Source: Granulicella sp. (GTDB taxonomy: Bacteria > Acidobacteriota > Terriglobia > Terriglobales > Acidobacteriaceae). From it: a DNA stretch of 54,032 bases. The DNA is taken from positions 1-54,032 of the forward strand of contig DAHWNL010000079.1 of NCBI GenBank assembly GCA_027339965.1. The letters run 5' to 3'. Position 1 is the stretch's first letter. Every line of letters starts with the position of its first letter. A program made the position numbers and the translations under genes. Positions 19,372 through 32,696 of the stretch are shown here, one piece after another. The notes beneath the pieces were generated by a model. The model was not told where the DNA came from and ran no database searches. It worked only from the letters and a program-made list of their open reading frames with translations.

Positions 19372-20268
19372 AGCCGTTCGGATATCGTTGGCCGCCTTCC
19401 GCAAGGGTTCCGTGGCGACTCCTTGACTCTGCCGCGTAATGAGCATCATGACCACGCCACAAAGCATGCTTCCAAGGGCGGCCACCTGAGCGTTGCTGAG
19501 CGTGTGATGAAGGTAGAGCTTGGGGTTGATGCGAACGAACTCTACTAGGAAGCGACCGATGCCGCTCAAGAGCAGGTACTCGCCGGTCAGGAACCCCAGG
19601 GGAAGAGACTTGCTGTTCGATGCGCGCCTCCAGAGCCACCAAGCTAGGGCCAGGGAGAAGAGCAGCTCATAGATCGGCGTGGGCTGCACTGCGGCCGTGG
19701 GAGGGTTGGGCAGAACCAGCGCCCGGGTGTATCGGGTGAGGCCATTCGCCATATGGACACCCCACGGTAGCGTGGTGTTGATCCCATAATCTCCATCGCC
19801 GGAGAGCAGACAGCCAAGACGGCCCACGCCGTATCCGACCGCCGCAGCCGGAGCGGAAAGGTCCAGCATGCGCAGTGCGGCGCGGCCACCGGTGAGGCCA
19901 TTGGGCTTGTTGAGTATGCCCTGGTACATCAGCATCGCGATAGCTGCCAGCAGTCCTCCATACCAGGCGAAGCCGGCTTGAAACCAATGCAGAAAGCTGA
20001 ACAGGACCTCACTGGGATGACGCAGGCCGGGGGCCAGGATCTCGCGCCAGGCGCCGATCAGATCGGGGATATCCTGCAACTCGTGCCAGAGTTTCGCGCC
20101 GATGATCCCAAACAACACCACCATGGTCACGATGTTGATGGCGTCACCTTCCACCCGATTCCGAACGAAGTTGTTGTGCAGCACCAGAACGCTGCAAACG
20201 GCTGCCAGCCAAAGCATCAGCCCAAAGGTTCCGACATGAGCAAAACCGAGATTTATATAGGGATACAT
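19369..20268 (-). CDS. lgt: Prolipoprotein diacylglyceryl transferase
   Basis: MYPYI start, GAKLWH, AWYGG, GRLGC.L.GDG.YG, PWG, PTPIYE, RFLVEFVR. The 5' extension in the ORF track is antisense to hpt. Confidence 0.9.
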   Translation of the reverse strand: MYPYINLGFAHVGTFGLMLWLAAVCSVLVLHNNFVRNRVEGDAINIVTMVVLFGIIGAKLWHELQDIPDLIGAWREILAPGLRHPSEVLFSFLHWFQAGFAWYGGLLAAIAMLMYQGILNKPNGLTGGRAALRMLDLSAPAAAVGYGVGRLGCLLSGDGDYGINTTLPWGVHMANGLTRYTRALVLPNPPTAAVQPTPIYELLFSLALAWWLWRRASNSKSLPLGFLTGEYLLLSGIGRFLVEFVRINPKLYLHHTLSNAQVAALGSMLCGVVMMLITRQSQGVATEPLRKAANDIRTA

Positions 20269-20511
20269 GCAGACTTCAGTATAGCGGCGACCGCCCGCTC
20301 CGGAGCATCTCCGCGGACAAGTTCCCGCGGTTCCGCGAATGGATCGGCGGCTCCGCTCCGGCAAGCGCCCCAATCGGAAGGGGTTGGAGAGGGACACCGA
20401 GAGCAATCTACAAGGATGGGAAGAAACTCCGGCGCGGTTTTCCTCATTACCGAGGCAGATGGAGACGATCCCTCTTTTTTCAACCTGCGGGTATCGCGTA
20501 ATCTTGACATC

Positions 20512-21078
20512 ATGGTCATGACGGTTCCTGCTTTTGTTCCTCCCGAGGAGATGGAGGTTCTGCTCACCGCGGAGCAGATCGCCGAACGCGTCAAGGTGGT
20601 TGGCGATCAGATCTCCCAGGATTACAAAGGGCAGTCGATCGTGCTGATCGGCGTGCTGAAAGGCGCGGCGATCTTTCTGGCAGACCTGGCGCGTTCGATC
20701 CAGGTGGATAACACCTTTGACTTCGTGGCGGTTTCGAGCTACGGCAGAGCGCGGGTCACCTCCGGCGCGGTGAAGATGATCAAGGACATCGACAACCCTA
20801 TCGAAGGGCGGCATGTGATCCTGGTCGAAGATATTTTGGACACCGGGCTGACGCTGAGCTATCTGCGCGGGCTGATGCTGCAACATCGTCCGGCGTCGCT
20901 CAAGATCGCCACCTGCCTGGACAAGCCTGAACGGCGCCTGGTGCCCATTGAAGCCGATTACGCCTGCTTCAAGATCCCCAACGAGTTTGTCATCGGTTAT
21001 GGAATGGACTATGCCGAGCGCTATCGCGGCGTGCCGGACATTCGGATCTACCCGGATAACCCGCCTCCAGGGCATTGA
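20512..21078 (+). CDS. hpt: Hypoxanthine phosphoribosyltransferase
   Basis: GVLKGA..F.ADL, VSSYG, ILVEDILDTGLTL (PRPP motif), FVIGYGMDYAERYR. Start is 20512 or 20518. Confidence 0.95.
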   Translation: MVMTVPAFVPPEEMEVLLTAEQIAERVKVVGDQISQDYKGQSIVLIGVLKGAAIFLADLARSIQVDNTFDFVAVSSYGRARVTSGAVKMIKDIDNPIEGRHVILVEDILDTGLTLSYLRGLMLQHRPASLKIATCLDKPERRLVPIEADYACFKIPNEFVIGYGMDYAERYRGVPDIRIYPDNPPPGH

Positions 21079-21134
21079 ACGGCAGCCTGGACAGGAATGC
21101 CTGGAAGCAACCGCCGATTGAGTAAACTAACGGC

Positions 21135-22445
21135 ATGAGTTCCGTGCTGCACTCCTCCAACAGCTCCTCGGTGATTGTCTCTCCGGCGCGCGGTTTCCGC
21201 GGCTCGGTTACGCTACCGGGCGATAAATCCATCTCTCATCGCTATGCCATGTTGGCGGGCTTTGCCGCAGGGACGTCGCGGCTCACGAACTTTTCTACCG
21301 GCGCCGATCCGCACAGCTCGCTGAGCTGCTTGCGCGCGATGGGCGCTAGGATCGAGACGGTCGGCAAGACGATCGAAGTCACTGGAACCGGCGGCTTACT
21401 GCGCCAACCGAGCCAAGACCTGGACTGCGGCAACTCCGGCTCCACGATGCGCATGCTGGCGGGGCTGGTGGCAGCGCAAAAGGGCTCCTTCCGCTTCGTC
21501 GGAGATGAGTCCCTGACAGCTCGTCCCATGGAGCGCATCCGCAAACCCCTCCAGCAAATGGGCGCCAAGATTGAGTTGACCGATGGTCACGCGCCCATGG
21601 TGGTGCATGGCGGTGATCTGACGGGAATCAACTTTGAGACGCCGATCGCCAGCGCGCAGGTAAAGACCGCTGTGCTGTTTGCGGGTTTGCAGGCGCAGGG
21701 CGTCACCTCCATTGTCGAGCGGGTGCGGACGCGAGACCACACCGAGCACGCGCTGCGAGCCTTTGGAGCGAAGCTGGAGCGCAAGGATGGCCGGCTTTCG
21801 ATTGCCGGAGGACAGAAGCTGACGGCGATGGACGCTACCGTGCCGGGCGATATGTCCTCAGCCGCATTCTTTCTCTGCGCAGCGCTGCTCTTTGAGGACT
21901 CCAACCTGGTTCTGGATGCGCTGGGAATGAACCCCACCCGGGCGGCGATGCTGGATGTGATCTCGGCGATGGGCGGTAACATCAAGGTGCTGGACGTGCA
22001 GGAGACCCATGGAGAGATGGCGGGGACCATCCAGGTGAATCGAGGCCGCGCTCTGCTTGGCATTGACATCGCCGGCGAGCAAGCGGCCCAGTTGATCGAT
22101 GAACTTCCGGTGGTTGCCGCGATTGCGCCGTATACCCAGGGAGGCGTGCGCATCCGCGACGCCAGAGAACTGCGCGTCAAAGAGAGCGATCGCATTGCGC
22201 TGGTGGTGAAGAACCTGCGCGCCATGGGCGCTGAGGTGACCGAACTGGAAGATGGGATGGATATCCCCGGAGGACAGCGGCTGCGCGGCGGAGTCATTGA
22301 CTCCGCAACGGACCACCGCATTGCTATGGCGTTTTCCATAGCCGCCCTGCGAGCCGAAGGGGAGACGGAGATTCGCGGCGCGGAGGCTGCCGGTATCTCA
22401 TTCCCCGAGTTCTTTGTCTGGCTGAATGAGCTGGCCCTGCGATAA
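21135..22445 (+). CDS. aroA: 3-phosphoshikimate 1-carboxyvinyltransferase (EPSP synthase)
   Basis: PGDKSISHR, DCGNSGSTMR, RPM, SAQVK, RDHTE, IDELP, ELRVKESDR, DHRIAM. Confidence 0.97.
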   Translation: MSSVLHSSNSSSVIVSPARGFRGSVTLPGDKSISHRYAMLAGFAAGTSRLTNFSTGADPHSSLSCLRAMGARIETVGKTIEVTGTGGLLRQPSQDLDCGNSGSTMRMLAGLVAAQKGSFRFVGDESLTARPMERIRKPLQQMGAKIELTDGHAPMVVHGGDLTGINFETPIASAQVKTAVLFAGLQAQGVTSIVERVRTRDHTEHALRAFGAKLERKDGRLSIAGGQKLTAMDATVPGDMSSAAFFLCAALLFEDSNLVLDALGMNPTRAAMLDVISAMGGNIKVLDVQETHGEMAGTIQVNRGRALLGIDIAGEQAAQLIDELPVVAAIAPYTQGGVRIRDARELRVKESDRIALVVKNLRAMGAEVTELEDGMDIPGGQRLRGGVIDSATDHRIAMAFSIAALRAEGETEIRGAEAAGISFPEFFVWLNELALR

Positions 22446-22501
22446 GGTATTTCGGTTTCCACGCAACTCGAAGCCAAGGCTCCGCGTTGAAGCGAGGGTG
22501 C

Positions 22502-22616
22502 TATAGTATTTTCAGTGTTGATGGGTGTCCCAAAGAGGGCTTGCAGTGGCGTTTTCATTGGGGAAAACGCCCATAGACGTCCAGGCGTTGGGTACACCTG
22601 CACTGAAACTGCTTTA
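22502..22616 (+). mobile_element. ~115-bp MITE, copy 2 (diverged arms)
   Basis: TATAGTATTTTCAGTG...CACTGAAACTGCTTTA with the same core TGCAGTGGCGTTTTCATTGGGGAAAACGCCCATAGA as copy 1. Confidence 0.88.
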
Positions 22617-23705
22617 AACCCGGCCGTTGAAGGTGCGCGGAGGATAGATTCGCAATAGCTCGTTCAGGTTTTGTTGCACCTCATCCACGTCGACCTCATC
22701 GATGATGTAATCCTGCGGCGCGCTGGGAAGGTCGGCGTTCTTCAAGATCCTGGCGCGGGGGTTGTTGAGCGGAAGCCACTCGACCTCCGGCGACCAGGCC
22801 GGCGCGATGATCACCATGGGTAGCCGCGCGGCCCGGGCCAGATGCATCGGTCCGGTATCCAGAGTCAGCGCCACATCGGCGAGCGATAGGATCGCCGCCA
22901 GCTCCAGAGGGTGAGTCTGACCCGCCAGGTTGGCGGTGGAAAAGCTGAGGCCGGCGCGCAGGGCGTCGATGGCCGGAGCCTCCGCGCCGGTGCCCGCGAA
23001 GATGATCTGCATCCGATACTCGCGGCGCAGGGTCTCCGCCACCGCGCGAAAGCGCTCCGCACGCCAGGACTTTCGTTGTGTGGGGCTGGTCTGGGTGATA
23101 AAGACCGCCACAGGTTCTTGCTCATCCACGCCGTGCTCGCGCAGCAGGCGATGCGCTGCGCTCACCTCCTCAGAAGATGGAAAAACCTGCGGTTCAAGAA
23201 GGTCAGGATTCGCCCGCAGTTGCTCCAACAGCGCCGGCCCGTGACCCAACATATCCAGGATTCGCAGATTGTTGGCGATCTGGCTCAGACGAGGGTCGAA
23301 GCGAAGATGGGCGGCTGCAAGCTCCGGCAGCAGCGTGAAGCCCGCGCGCACAGGACTGCCCGCCAGCAGGGCGGAAAGAGTCACCCGGGAGCGCTCGTTG
23401 CCGGTGGTGAGTAAAACGGCATGGGGCTCGTGGCCGAATGGCTTGGCGCGGCTCAGCGCCCTGGCCGAGGCCAGCATCTCGCGCAAGGGGCTGGGTGTAG
23501 AAACCAGCGCCTCCAGACCCGGGTTGTGGCGCAGGATCTCGAGGGCAAAGCCGCTGGCGGCGGCCGCCACTCTGGCCTCCGGCAGAACGGCGTGGATGGC
23601 CGCAATCAAGGGTGTGGCGTGGATGGCCGTGCCCAAGGCCAGCGGGTGCTGCAGGAGCAGAAAGTTGCGAACCTCGGCCAGCTCCGGCTGCGTGGCATGG
23701 AACAT
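22614..23705 (-). CDS. Glycosyltransferase family 9 (heptosyltransferase-like)
   Basis: ALGTAIHATP, KSW..ERF, NLAGQT, TLDTGPMHLA. Confidence 0.85.
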   Translation of the reverse strand: MFHATQPELAEVRNFLLLQHPLALGTAIHATPLIAAIHAVLPEARVAAAASGFALEILRHNPGLEALVSTPSPLREMLASARALSRAKPFGHEPHAVLLTTGNERSRVTLSALLAGSPVRAGFTLLPELAAAHLRFDPRLSQIANNLRILDMLGHGPALLEQLRANPDLLEPQVFPSSEEVSAAHRLLREHGVDEQEPVAVFITQTSPTQRKSWRAERFRAVAETLRREYRMQIIFAGTGAEAPAIDALRAGLSFSTANLAGQTHPLELAAILSLADVALTLDTGPMHLARAARLPMVIIAPAWSPEVEWLPLNNPRARILKNADLPSAPQDYIIDEVDVDEVQQNLNELLRIYPPRTFNGRV

Positions 23706-23849
23706 TCGCTCGATGACGGCGAGGTTGACCAGCCCGGCGGATTTGAGAACGGAGGCGATAGCTTGAGAATATCAAGGGTGCGCGCTGACCAAGCGGCGCA
23801 GGCTCCGGCGGGAGCGCCCGCAGCCCGATCAGTTGACGCAGTACCCCGG

Positions 23850-24863
23850 CTAGTTGCGCCGGGCCGGCCCGGTTGACTTGCGCACGACCAATGTAGGCTG
23901 AATGATGTGCATCTCGCCCTTGAGGGGCTTTGCCGTGCGCGGAGAATCCTCCCGGAACAGGGCATGAAACGCCGCTCCGGCAATCTGGGTGCGAGGCATG
24001 GCTACCGTGGTGAGTGGGGGCGAAACATAGGCGCTCATTTGAATATCGTCAAACCCAACCACTGAGATGTCCTCGGGCACGCGCAGTCCAGCCTCCGCAA
24101 TTGCGCCCATGGCGCCGATCGCACTCAGATCGTTGGAAGCCAGCACGGCGGTGGGCCGCTTGCGCGAGGACAGAACTCTCCGCATGGCTTCATGGCCGCC
24201 CTCCATCTTGTGATTCCCTTCCTGAATCAGTCCGGGATTGACATCCAACTGATGCCGCACCGCACTCTCCAGGAAGGCCTTGTAGCGAGCCTGCGCCGAA
24301 GCCAGCTTCAGGGGTCCGGTCAGAAAGGCAATGCGTCTGTGCCGCAGCTTTATCAGGTGCTGCATCGCCGCATCCACACCGGCCGAGTAGTCCAGCCGGA
24401 CGCAACTGACGCCAGGCTCAGGCTTGCCCGAGTCCAGAAACACCATGGGAATATGCATGCGGCGGAAGTCCTCAATCAGGCGGTCATCCATCTCGGAGGT
24501 CATGATCGCAACCCCCTCCACCCGGCGTTGCAGCATGCGTTCTACGCAAATCTTCATCCGTACCGATTCGTAGTTGGTGTTGCTGACCAGCACCTCTTGG
24601 CGGTACCGCACGGCAATATCCTCAAACGACTTCACCAGCTCCGGAAAAAACGGATTGGTGATGTCGGAGATAATCAGGCCGTAGAGGTTGCTGCGTCCTG
24701 AACCCAGCGCCCGGGCATTCGTGTCCGGATGGAAGTTCAGCCTCTCGATGGCCGCCATCACCCTCTCGGCGGTCTCCGGCCGCACCTTCGCGGAGCCATT
24801 CATGGCCCGCGACACGGTAGCAGTCGAGACCCCGGCGAGCTTGGCAACCTCTTTGATATTCAT
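23850..24863 (-). CDS. LacI family transcriptional regulator
   Basis: IKEVAKLAGVSTATVSRAMN HTH, DITNPFF, VPEDISVVGFDD, PPLTTV. Confidence 0.95.
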   Translation of the reverse strand: MNIKEVAKLAGVSTATVSRAMNGSAKVRPETAERVMAAIERLNFHPDTNARALGSGRSNLYGLIISDITNPFFPELVKSFEDIAVRYRQEVLVSNTNYESVRMKICVERMLQRRVEGVAIMTSEMDDRLIEDFRRMHIPMVFLDSGKPEPGVSCVRLDYSAGVDAAMQHLIKLRHRRIAFLTGPLKLASAQARYKAFLESAVRHQLDVNPGLIQEGNHKMEGGHEAMRRVLSSRKRPTAVLASNDLSAIGAMGAIAEAGLRVPEDISVVGFDDIQMSAYVSPPLTTVAMPRTQIAGAAFHALFREDSPRTAKPLKGEMHIIQPTLVVRKSTGPARRN

Positions 24864-25063
24864 CGGGTAAGGGCGGAACCATGGAATCCAGCCTCATCCG
24901 AGGATGGCTTGGACAGGCTGCATTCAGCCTCCATTATAGGGAGATACGCTGCGAACAACAGGTGCAAGTCCTTTTTTTTATGAAGGGAGTGGCCGCCGCG
25001 GCACATCCCGATCCGGCCTAGATGGCTCCCGGGCACGCACTCTTTGGCACGGCACCCGTCGGC

Positions 25064-27603
<2,540 letters not shown>

Positions 27604-27611
27604 TTAAAGCA

Positions 27612-27698
27612 TCAGACCGTTCCGGCACGCACCCACGAGCGTCGACACATGGACATATCCACGTGCATTCGAGCCACATTGGTGCAGCAGAAGACCAT
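27612..27698 (-). CDS. Putative Met/Cys-rich leader peptide, 28 aa: MVFCCTNVARMHVDMSMCRRSWVRAGTV
   Basis: Hand-translated ATG(27698)..TGA(27612). All 4 Met and 3 Cys fall within the first 18 codons. It ends 32 nt before the terminator upstream of metY-metX. Confidence 0.75.
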   Translation of the reverse strand: MVFCCTNVARMHVDMSMCRRSWVRAGTV

Positions 27699-27705
27699 GC
27701 CCTTG

Positions 27706-27735
27706 AGTATGCTACAGGCCATCCGGCAAATGCAA
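27706..27735 (-). promoter_or_regulatory. Putative sigma70 promoter for the met leader
   Basis: TTGCAT-N18-CATACT (overlapping alternative TAGCAT) on the minus strand; CATACT ends 7 nt before the leader-peptide ATG. Confidence 0.5.
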
Positions 27736-28702
27736 CACGGTAGAAGCGCGCGGGGGTGGGCCACAGAGAACAGGGGAAAGCTCTAAGCCCCACGCCCAGC
27801 CAGAGACGCCGGCAAAGATCACTCAACCCAGCGCCGGACGAGGCCATCCACCCAGACCGTCCCGCCTACCCAGCAGCCGATGGGCCCGGCTACGCAGCAG
27901 CCGATACGCCTGATTGATCGCTCCCGTCTGCCGGCTCGCCCGCCTCGGTTCCTCTTCGTACTCCAAGCCGCTCCCGCCACTTCTCCCGCCAGGAGGCCGC
28001 TTGCCGGTATCACACCCGGCCGCGCTGACCTTAAGCCGCTTGCAATGCCGGTTCACCTCCAGCCTTTGGCAGGCTCGCTCTCCGGGCAGCGGAAGCAACC
28101 TCTGTTGCCGGCCTGCAGGAGTGGCGGTTGGGGAAGAAAGGCTCCGGCGCTGGGTGGCGGAGGTTGCAACGCGAGATTGAGGGTTCCTTCGCAGAGCGCG
28201 CAGGCTCTTACGTTCCCATGACGCATAAGAAATCATGCAAGGCCCAAAACGGGAAGCTCTGCCCTTGGCTCTTTGCCGTTGTTCCGCAATCGGACGCAAT
28301 CCCCTGATCCGACTCGATCCGGCGTGGAGCTTGGGCGATCCCAATCTTCAAGAGCAGACCGCAGATCATCGCTCCCAACCGCTTCGAAGCAGATTGCAAC
28401 GATGGCTCAGTCCCTTCCAGACAACTTGTGGATCAAGCAATTCAGCCAGCTCAGGGATGCCGGCTCGGCAGCCACGCAGCGGGCGCTCCATGCGTCCGGA
28501 TCATGGGATTGCCCCTCGATGGCGGATGCCGCTACCGGCACAACGCATCAGAACTTCAACGGCGCGGATTGCTTTGGCTACAGGACCGTGCGCAGCGCAA
28601 GAAGTATACTATCCTCGGTGAACGACAAACGCTTAGGCGGATCGACCGCGATCGCGCCGAAAGATCAACTCCCAGGACGACTGCTGAAATGAGGACTCTC
28701 GA

Positions 28703-30556
28703 TTGGGCCCGATAAACAATCCCTGGCTTGAAATTCTGGATCTCGAGGCTTTGCCGGCGGTCGTGAAATCTGCATCAGCAGCGCTTCTTCACCTGCATCG
28801 TTCGCCGAGGAGGCGGATCCGCCGGGCCGCGCTTGTGCTGGCCGCAGCAGCCTTGATGTCCAACTCCCTGCCGGCCCAGACAGGCCCCATGGCGCCGTCC
28901 CATACCGAAGTGGCGGAAAACTCCTCCAGTTGGATCGGCTCTTCTTATATCCCCGTGGATAGCTGGATTTACACCGCTGCCTTGCGTTTGTACTACCTGG
29001 GTTATCTTCCCACAGCCTATCTTGGCATGCGACCCTGGACGCGCGCTTCACTAGCCTACATGCTGGAACTCTCTCAGGACGCGCTGCAATCGGTCTACGC
29101 GCCCCCGGAAGCCGTCGAAATCAATGCGCGCCTGCGCAAGGAACTCGCTCCGGAGTTGAATTACGACTCAAAGGCATACCTGCGCACAGCCACCGTTTAT
29201 ACCCGGCTGCGTCAGATTGACGGCAATATTCTCAATGACAGCTTTCACTTAGGCCAGACAATTGTGAATGACTACGGAAGACCCGATGAGCCGGGCTTCA
29301 ACAACTTGACCGGCTTCAGCGCTGAAGCGCGCGATGGACGCTTCAGCCTGTTTGTCCGCAGCGAGTTCCAGGAGGCTCCCTCGGCCATTGGTTACTCTGC
29401 GTCCGTCGCAGCGCAACTGGCGGCGATCGACGAGACGCCGGATGTCCCGCAGACCACCATCCCTGCGGGAATCATCCCGTCACAGACCATCTCCCGGGTG
29501 GTCGAGGCCACTGCGTCTGCCCATATCTGGGGACATGAGGTCTCCTTTGGCAAAAGCGACCAGTGGCTTGGTCCCGCCAAAGGCGCGAGCATGGCCTGGT
29601 CCAACAACGCCGAGAACATCTACAGCTTCCAGATCAATCGCGTGGAGCCACTCTACATTCCTGGTCTCTCGCGCATCTTCGGCCTCTTCCGTTACGACTT
29701 CATGATCGGCAATCTCCAGGGGCACCAGTTTCCCCTTGATCCATGGATTCACATGGAGAAGGTCAGCATGAAGGTAACGCCAGACATTGAAATTGGCTTC
29801 ATGCGAGATGTAATCTGGGGCGGCAAAGGGCAGAAGTGCGCCGTGCCGCCAACCCCGGATGCGATTGTGCCTACCTGCAACGTCCCTATCAACCTGCGGA
29901 CGTTTCTGCGCAGCTTTTTCAGCGTCACAGCGCCTCCGCCAAGCATCAAGTTCTCACCCCTCAATCCGGGAGCTCGCTTCAGCACCTTCGACTTCACCTG
30001 GCGAACGCCCTGGGACAACCACCTGATCACTCTTTATCTGGATTCCTTCGCTCATGACAACGTCTTCCCCATCAGCAATCTGGGACGCTCCGGACTGCGG
30101 CCGGGCTTCTATATCGCCCGCCTGCCAGGCTTGCCGCGCGTGGATCTCCGCGCCGAAGGGGTCACCACCAACGTGCATGACCCGGAGAGCAACAACGGAC
30201 GGCTGCTGATGTGGGAGAGCGTTGACGTGCAAGGATACACGAACAACGGTTACATCCTGGGAGACTGGATCGGCAGAGAGGCTACGGGCGGCGAGGCGTG
30301 GGTGACCTGGCACAACAGGCCTGATCAGCTCATCCAATTTCACTACCGCCAGGCCAAGGTGGCCGATGACTTCGTTCCCAGAGGAACGACCCAAAACAAC
30401 CTTTCCCTGGACTTCATGCTTCGACCGAAGCGGAACCTGGAGCTGAAGGCTTCCTTGCAGGGCGAGATGTGGAAGGCGCCATTGATCGCCACCGGGCGAC
30501 AGCACGATGTCGTGAGCACAATTCAGCTTACCTACTTCGTGAAACAGAGCCGCTAA
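28703..30556 (+). CDS. Capsule assembly Wzi family outer-membrane protein
   Basis: Signal-like segment then GSSYIPVDSWIY, LGMRPWTR, FGKSDQWLGP...SNNAE; beta-rich with an aromatic C-terminus. Start is uncertain. Confidence 0.8.
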   Translation: MGPINNPWLEILDLEALPAVVKSASAALLHLHRSPRRRIRRAALVLAAAALMSNSLPAQTGPMAPSHTEVAENSSSWIGSSYIPVDSWIYTAALRLYYLGYLPTAYLGMRPWTRASLAYMLELSQDALQSVYAPPEAVEINARLRKELAPELNYDSKAYLRTATVYTRLRQIDGNILNDSFHLGQTIVNDYGRPDEPGFNNLTGFSAEARDGRFSLFVRSEFQEAPSAIGYSASVAAQLAAIDETPDVPQTTIPAGIIPSQTISRVVEATASAHIWGHEVSFGKSDQWLGPAKGASMAWSNNAENIYSFQINRVEPLYIPGLSRIFGLFRYDFMIGNLQGHQFPLDPWIHMEKVSMKVTPDIEIGFMRDVIWGGKGQKCAVPPTPDAIVPTCNVPINLRTFLRSFFSVTAPPPSIKFSPLNPGARFSTFDFTWRTPWDNHLITLYLDSFAHDNVFPISNLGRSGLRPGFYIARLPGLPRVDLRAEGVTTNVHDPESNNGRLLMWESVDVQGYTNNGYILGDWIGREATGGEAWVTWHNRPDQLIQFHYRQAKVADDFVPRGTTQNNLSLDFMLRPKRNLELKASLQGEMWKAPLIATGRQHDVVSTIQLTYFVKQSR

Positions 30557-30639
30557 AAAACGGAGGCGGGCGGGAAAGCTTGCCTGGCCGACGGAACGCT
30601 TAGCGACTCTTTCGCACAGACGCATGCAGCGATCTGGAC

Positions 30640-30755
30640 TAAAGCCTTTTCAGTGCAGGTGTAACGCGACGCCTCGACCTCCATGGTCGTTTTCCCCAAT
30701 GAAAACGCCACTGCACGCCCTCTCCGGTGTACCCATCAACACTGGAAATGCTATA
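30640..30755 (-). mobile_element. ~116-bp MITE, copy 3 (inverted)
   Basis: Reverse complement reads TATAGCATTTCCAGTG...GGCGTTTTCATTGGGGAAAACGACC...CACTGAAAAGGCTTTA; closest to copy 1. Confidence 0.88.
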
Positions 30756-30932
30756 GCAGCCTCCCGCGGAGATCCTTTTCGTCAGCATGAGGATGGCTGG
30801 GCCGCAATCTTGCCTGAGCCGTCTGCAGCAAAAACGGCGGAGCGAAAAAATACCAGATAGCACATCCGCGGCAAGGAGCTGAAGGAAACTCCGCAAGGTC
30901 TCTTTGCCCGCTTTGCAGCAGGAACACAGCCG

Positions 30933-31760
30933 CTACGCGGACTGCCTCGCATCGTCGGCTAACGGCTCGACTCGTTCGACTGCAAAAACTCTTGCCGCAA
31001 TCTTTTCCCGGCTATGCCTGGCCTTCAAAAACCGTGCTGCATCGGAGGAAAGAACGTTCCGGGACCGTTTGCCCAGCTTGAAAACGGTGCGCCAGATGAT
31101 CTTCAAGTCCGAGGCGAAGCTGGCCGTCTCCATGTAATCGATGTCCAGCCTGCACTTCTCAGGATTCAGGACATGGACCACAAAGTGCTCCACGGAGTCG
31201 TCCGGCACACCATGCAGAAAGTTCTCTTCATTGGAGAACATGAGCGTTGCAGCTCCCGTGATCCCCGGCCGGCAGAGCATGAAAAGGTGTTCGTGTTCCG
31301 CAAGCTTGGGGCGTGGACCGACAAAGCTCATCTCACCACGCAAGACGTTGATGAGTTGCGGCAGCTCATCCAACTTCAAGCGCCGCAGAATACACCCCAA
31401 TTTCGTCATGCGGGAGTCACCATGCCGGGTGACCGTCAAAGCATCTCCGGGCCGATGACTGCGCACCTTCATGGTCCGGAACTTCAGGATCACAAAGCCC
31501 CTCTGATTCAATCCAACCCGCTTTTGACGAAATAACGCGGGCCCCTCAGAAGTAGCTATGATCAGGAATGAGATCAACAGCATCAACGGAGAGAAAAAGA
31601 TCAGAAGCAAGAAACTCAAGCCGATATCAAAACACCGCTTTGACCTCGACTTGCACCAAGGGCTGACGAAGCGCGGGCAGAACAGAAGCTTCGAGTCGCC
31701 TTCTTCAGTAGCCTTCTCTGGCCTCAGAGAAGTACTGCTTACGGTCCACGAACCTGTCAT
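30933..31760 (-). CDS. Bacterial sugar transferase (phosphoglycosyl transferase, WcaJ/PglC-like domain)
   Basis: KRCFDI, FRQKRVG, KFRTM, LRRLKLDELPQLINVLRGEMSFVGPRP, RPGITG. Start is uncertain. Confidence 0.9.
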   Translation of the reverse strand: MTGSWTVSSTSLRPEKATEEGDSKLLFCPRFVSPWCKSRSKRCFDIGLSFLLLIFFSPLMLLISFLIIATSEGPALFRQKRVGLNQRGFVILKFRTMKVRSHRPGDALTVTRHGDSRMTKLGCILRRLKLDELPQLINVLRGEMSFVGPRPKLAEHEHLFMLCRPGITGAATLMFSNEENFLHGVPDDSVEHFVVHVLNPEKCRLDIDYMETASFASDLKIIWRTVFKLGKRSRNVLSSDAARFLKARHSREKIAARVFAVERVEPLADDARQSA

Positions 31761-31928
31761 CAAGTTACCTCTTTTCAGTTTTCGGCGGTCATGTCTCAAA
31801 CGCGCGGTTTCACTCGGGTAGACGTACCCCAAAAGATCTCTTGTCCTGCTAGTTGCACCTACTTCCAAAGATACCTAGCTGGTTCAGACCCTGCCGCATG
31901 ACGAAAGTTGCTAGACCCTTTATTCATT

Positions 31929-31958
31929 CTTTGGCCGATCTTCCTTTGGCCGATCTTC
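31929..31958 (+). repeat. 15-bp perfect tandem duplication CTTTGGCCGATCTTC x2
   Basis: Read directly in the intergenic DNA upstream of the sugar transferase. Confidence 0.8.
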
Positions 31959-32696
31959 GCAAGGCAATTTCGCTGGACAGGACCTCATCGCCGGCTGCCA
32001 ATCGTCTCCAACTATCTGCCGGGAGGCAGGAGCTCGTGCGAGGAGAGTGCAACGCGAGGTTTCATGGCTTTTTAATATATCTTTCCCTGCGTCTTTATCC
32101 TGCAACTCTGGCAACATCTTGTCCCGCACCCTCGTTCGATATCTTGGTGCGTGTTCTGCACGCCTCTGGCCTTGCGAACGACACTCCATCTTGCGTCAGA
32201 CAAAAATCTGAATCAACTCTCAAACTCCCCCAACACTCCCCAGCGCACTCTCCCGCGCTGCAGGAGCTGTGTTGGCATCTTGCTATAAGTCAGTACTTTG
32301 GGCTTGCTCAATCGTCTTTATCGGCAAAACAAAACGAATCTTTAGCCGTCGCCCAGACTCCCGCCGATGCACCCCTTCAACATCGATCGGGAGGAACACC
32401 GCATTCTTCTTCAAGCGATGTCACACCTGATACGATGCCCGCTTCCAGCCGTCAGTTGCCAGCTACGCCGGCGCACCCAAGGCGAACTCACCCTCCGACT
32501 CCCTCAGCGTGCATGCCTTGAAGACAGAGATACTTCCACAACGAAGCCATCGGTTTGCCGAGCAACATTTCACCAAAACTTTGCAGCTCCGCGTGGAGCG
32601 GACACACAAATGTGGCGGGATCTTTCAACCCTATCCTGTAACTCGGGCTCTCACCTGTTAGCTGTCTTGATTATACTTGAACCAAGGGGAACCAGA

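Noticed and set aside
19369..21078. 568-aa and 366-aa long overlapping ORFs
   Set aside because: These are 5' over-extensions of the divergent lgt and hpt genes; homology begins at 20268 and about 20512.
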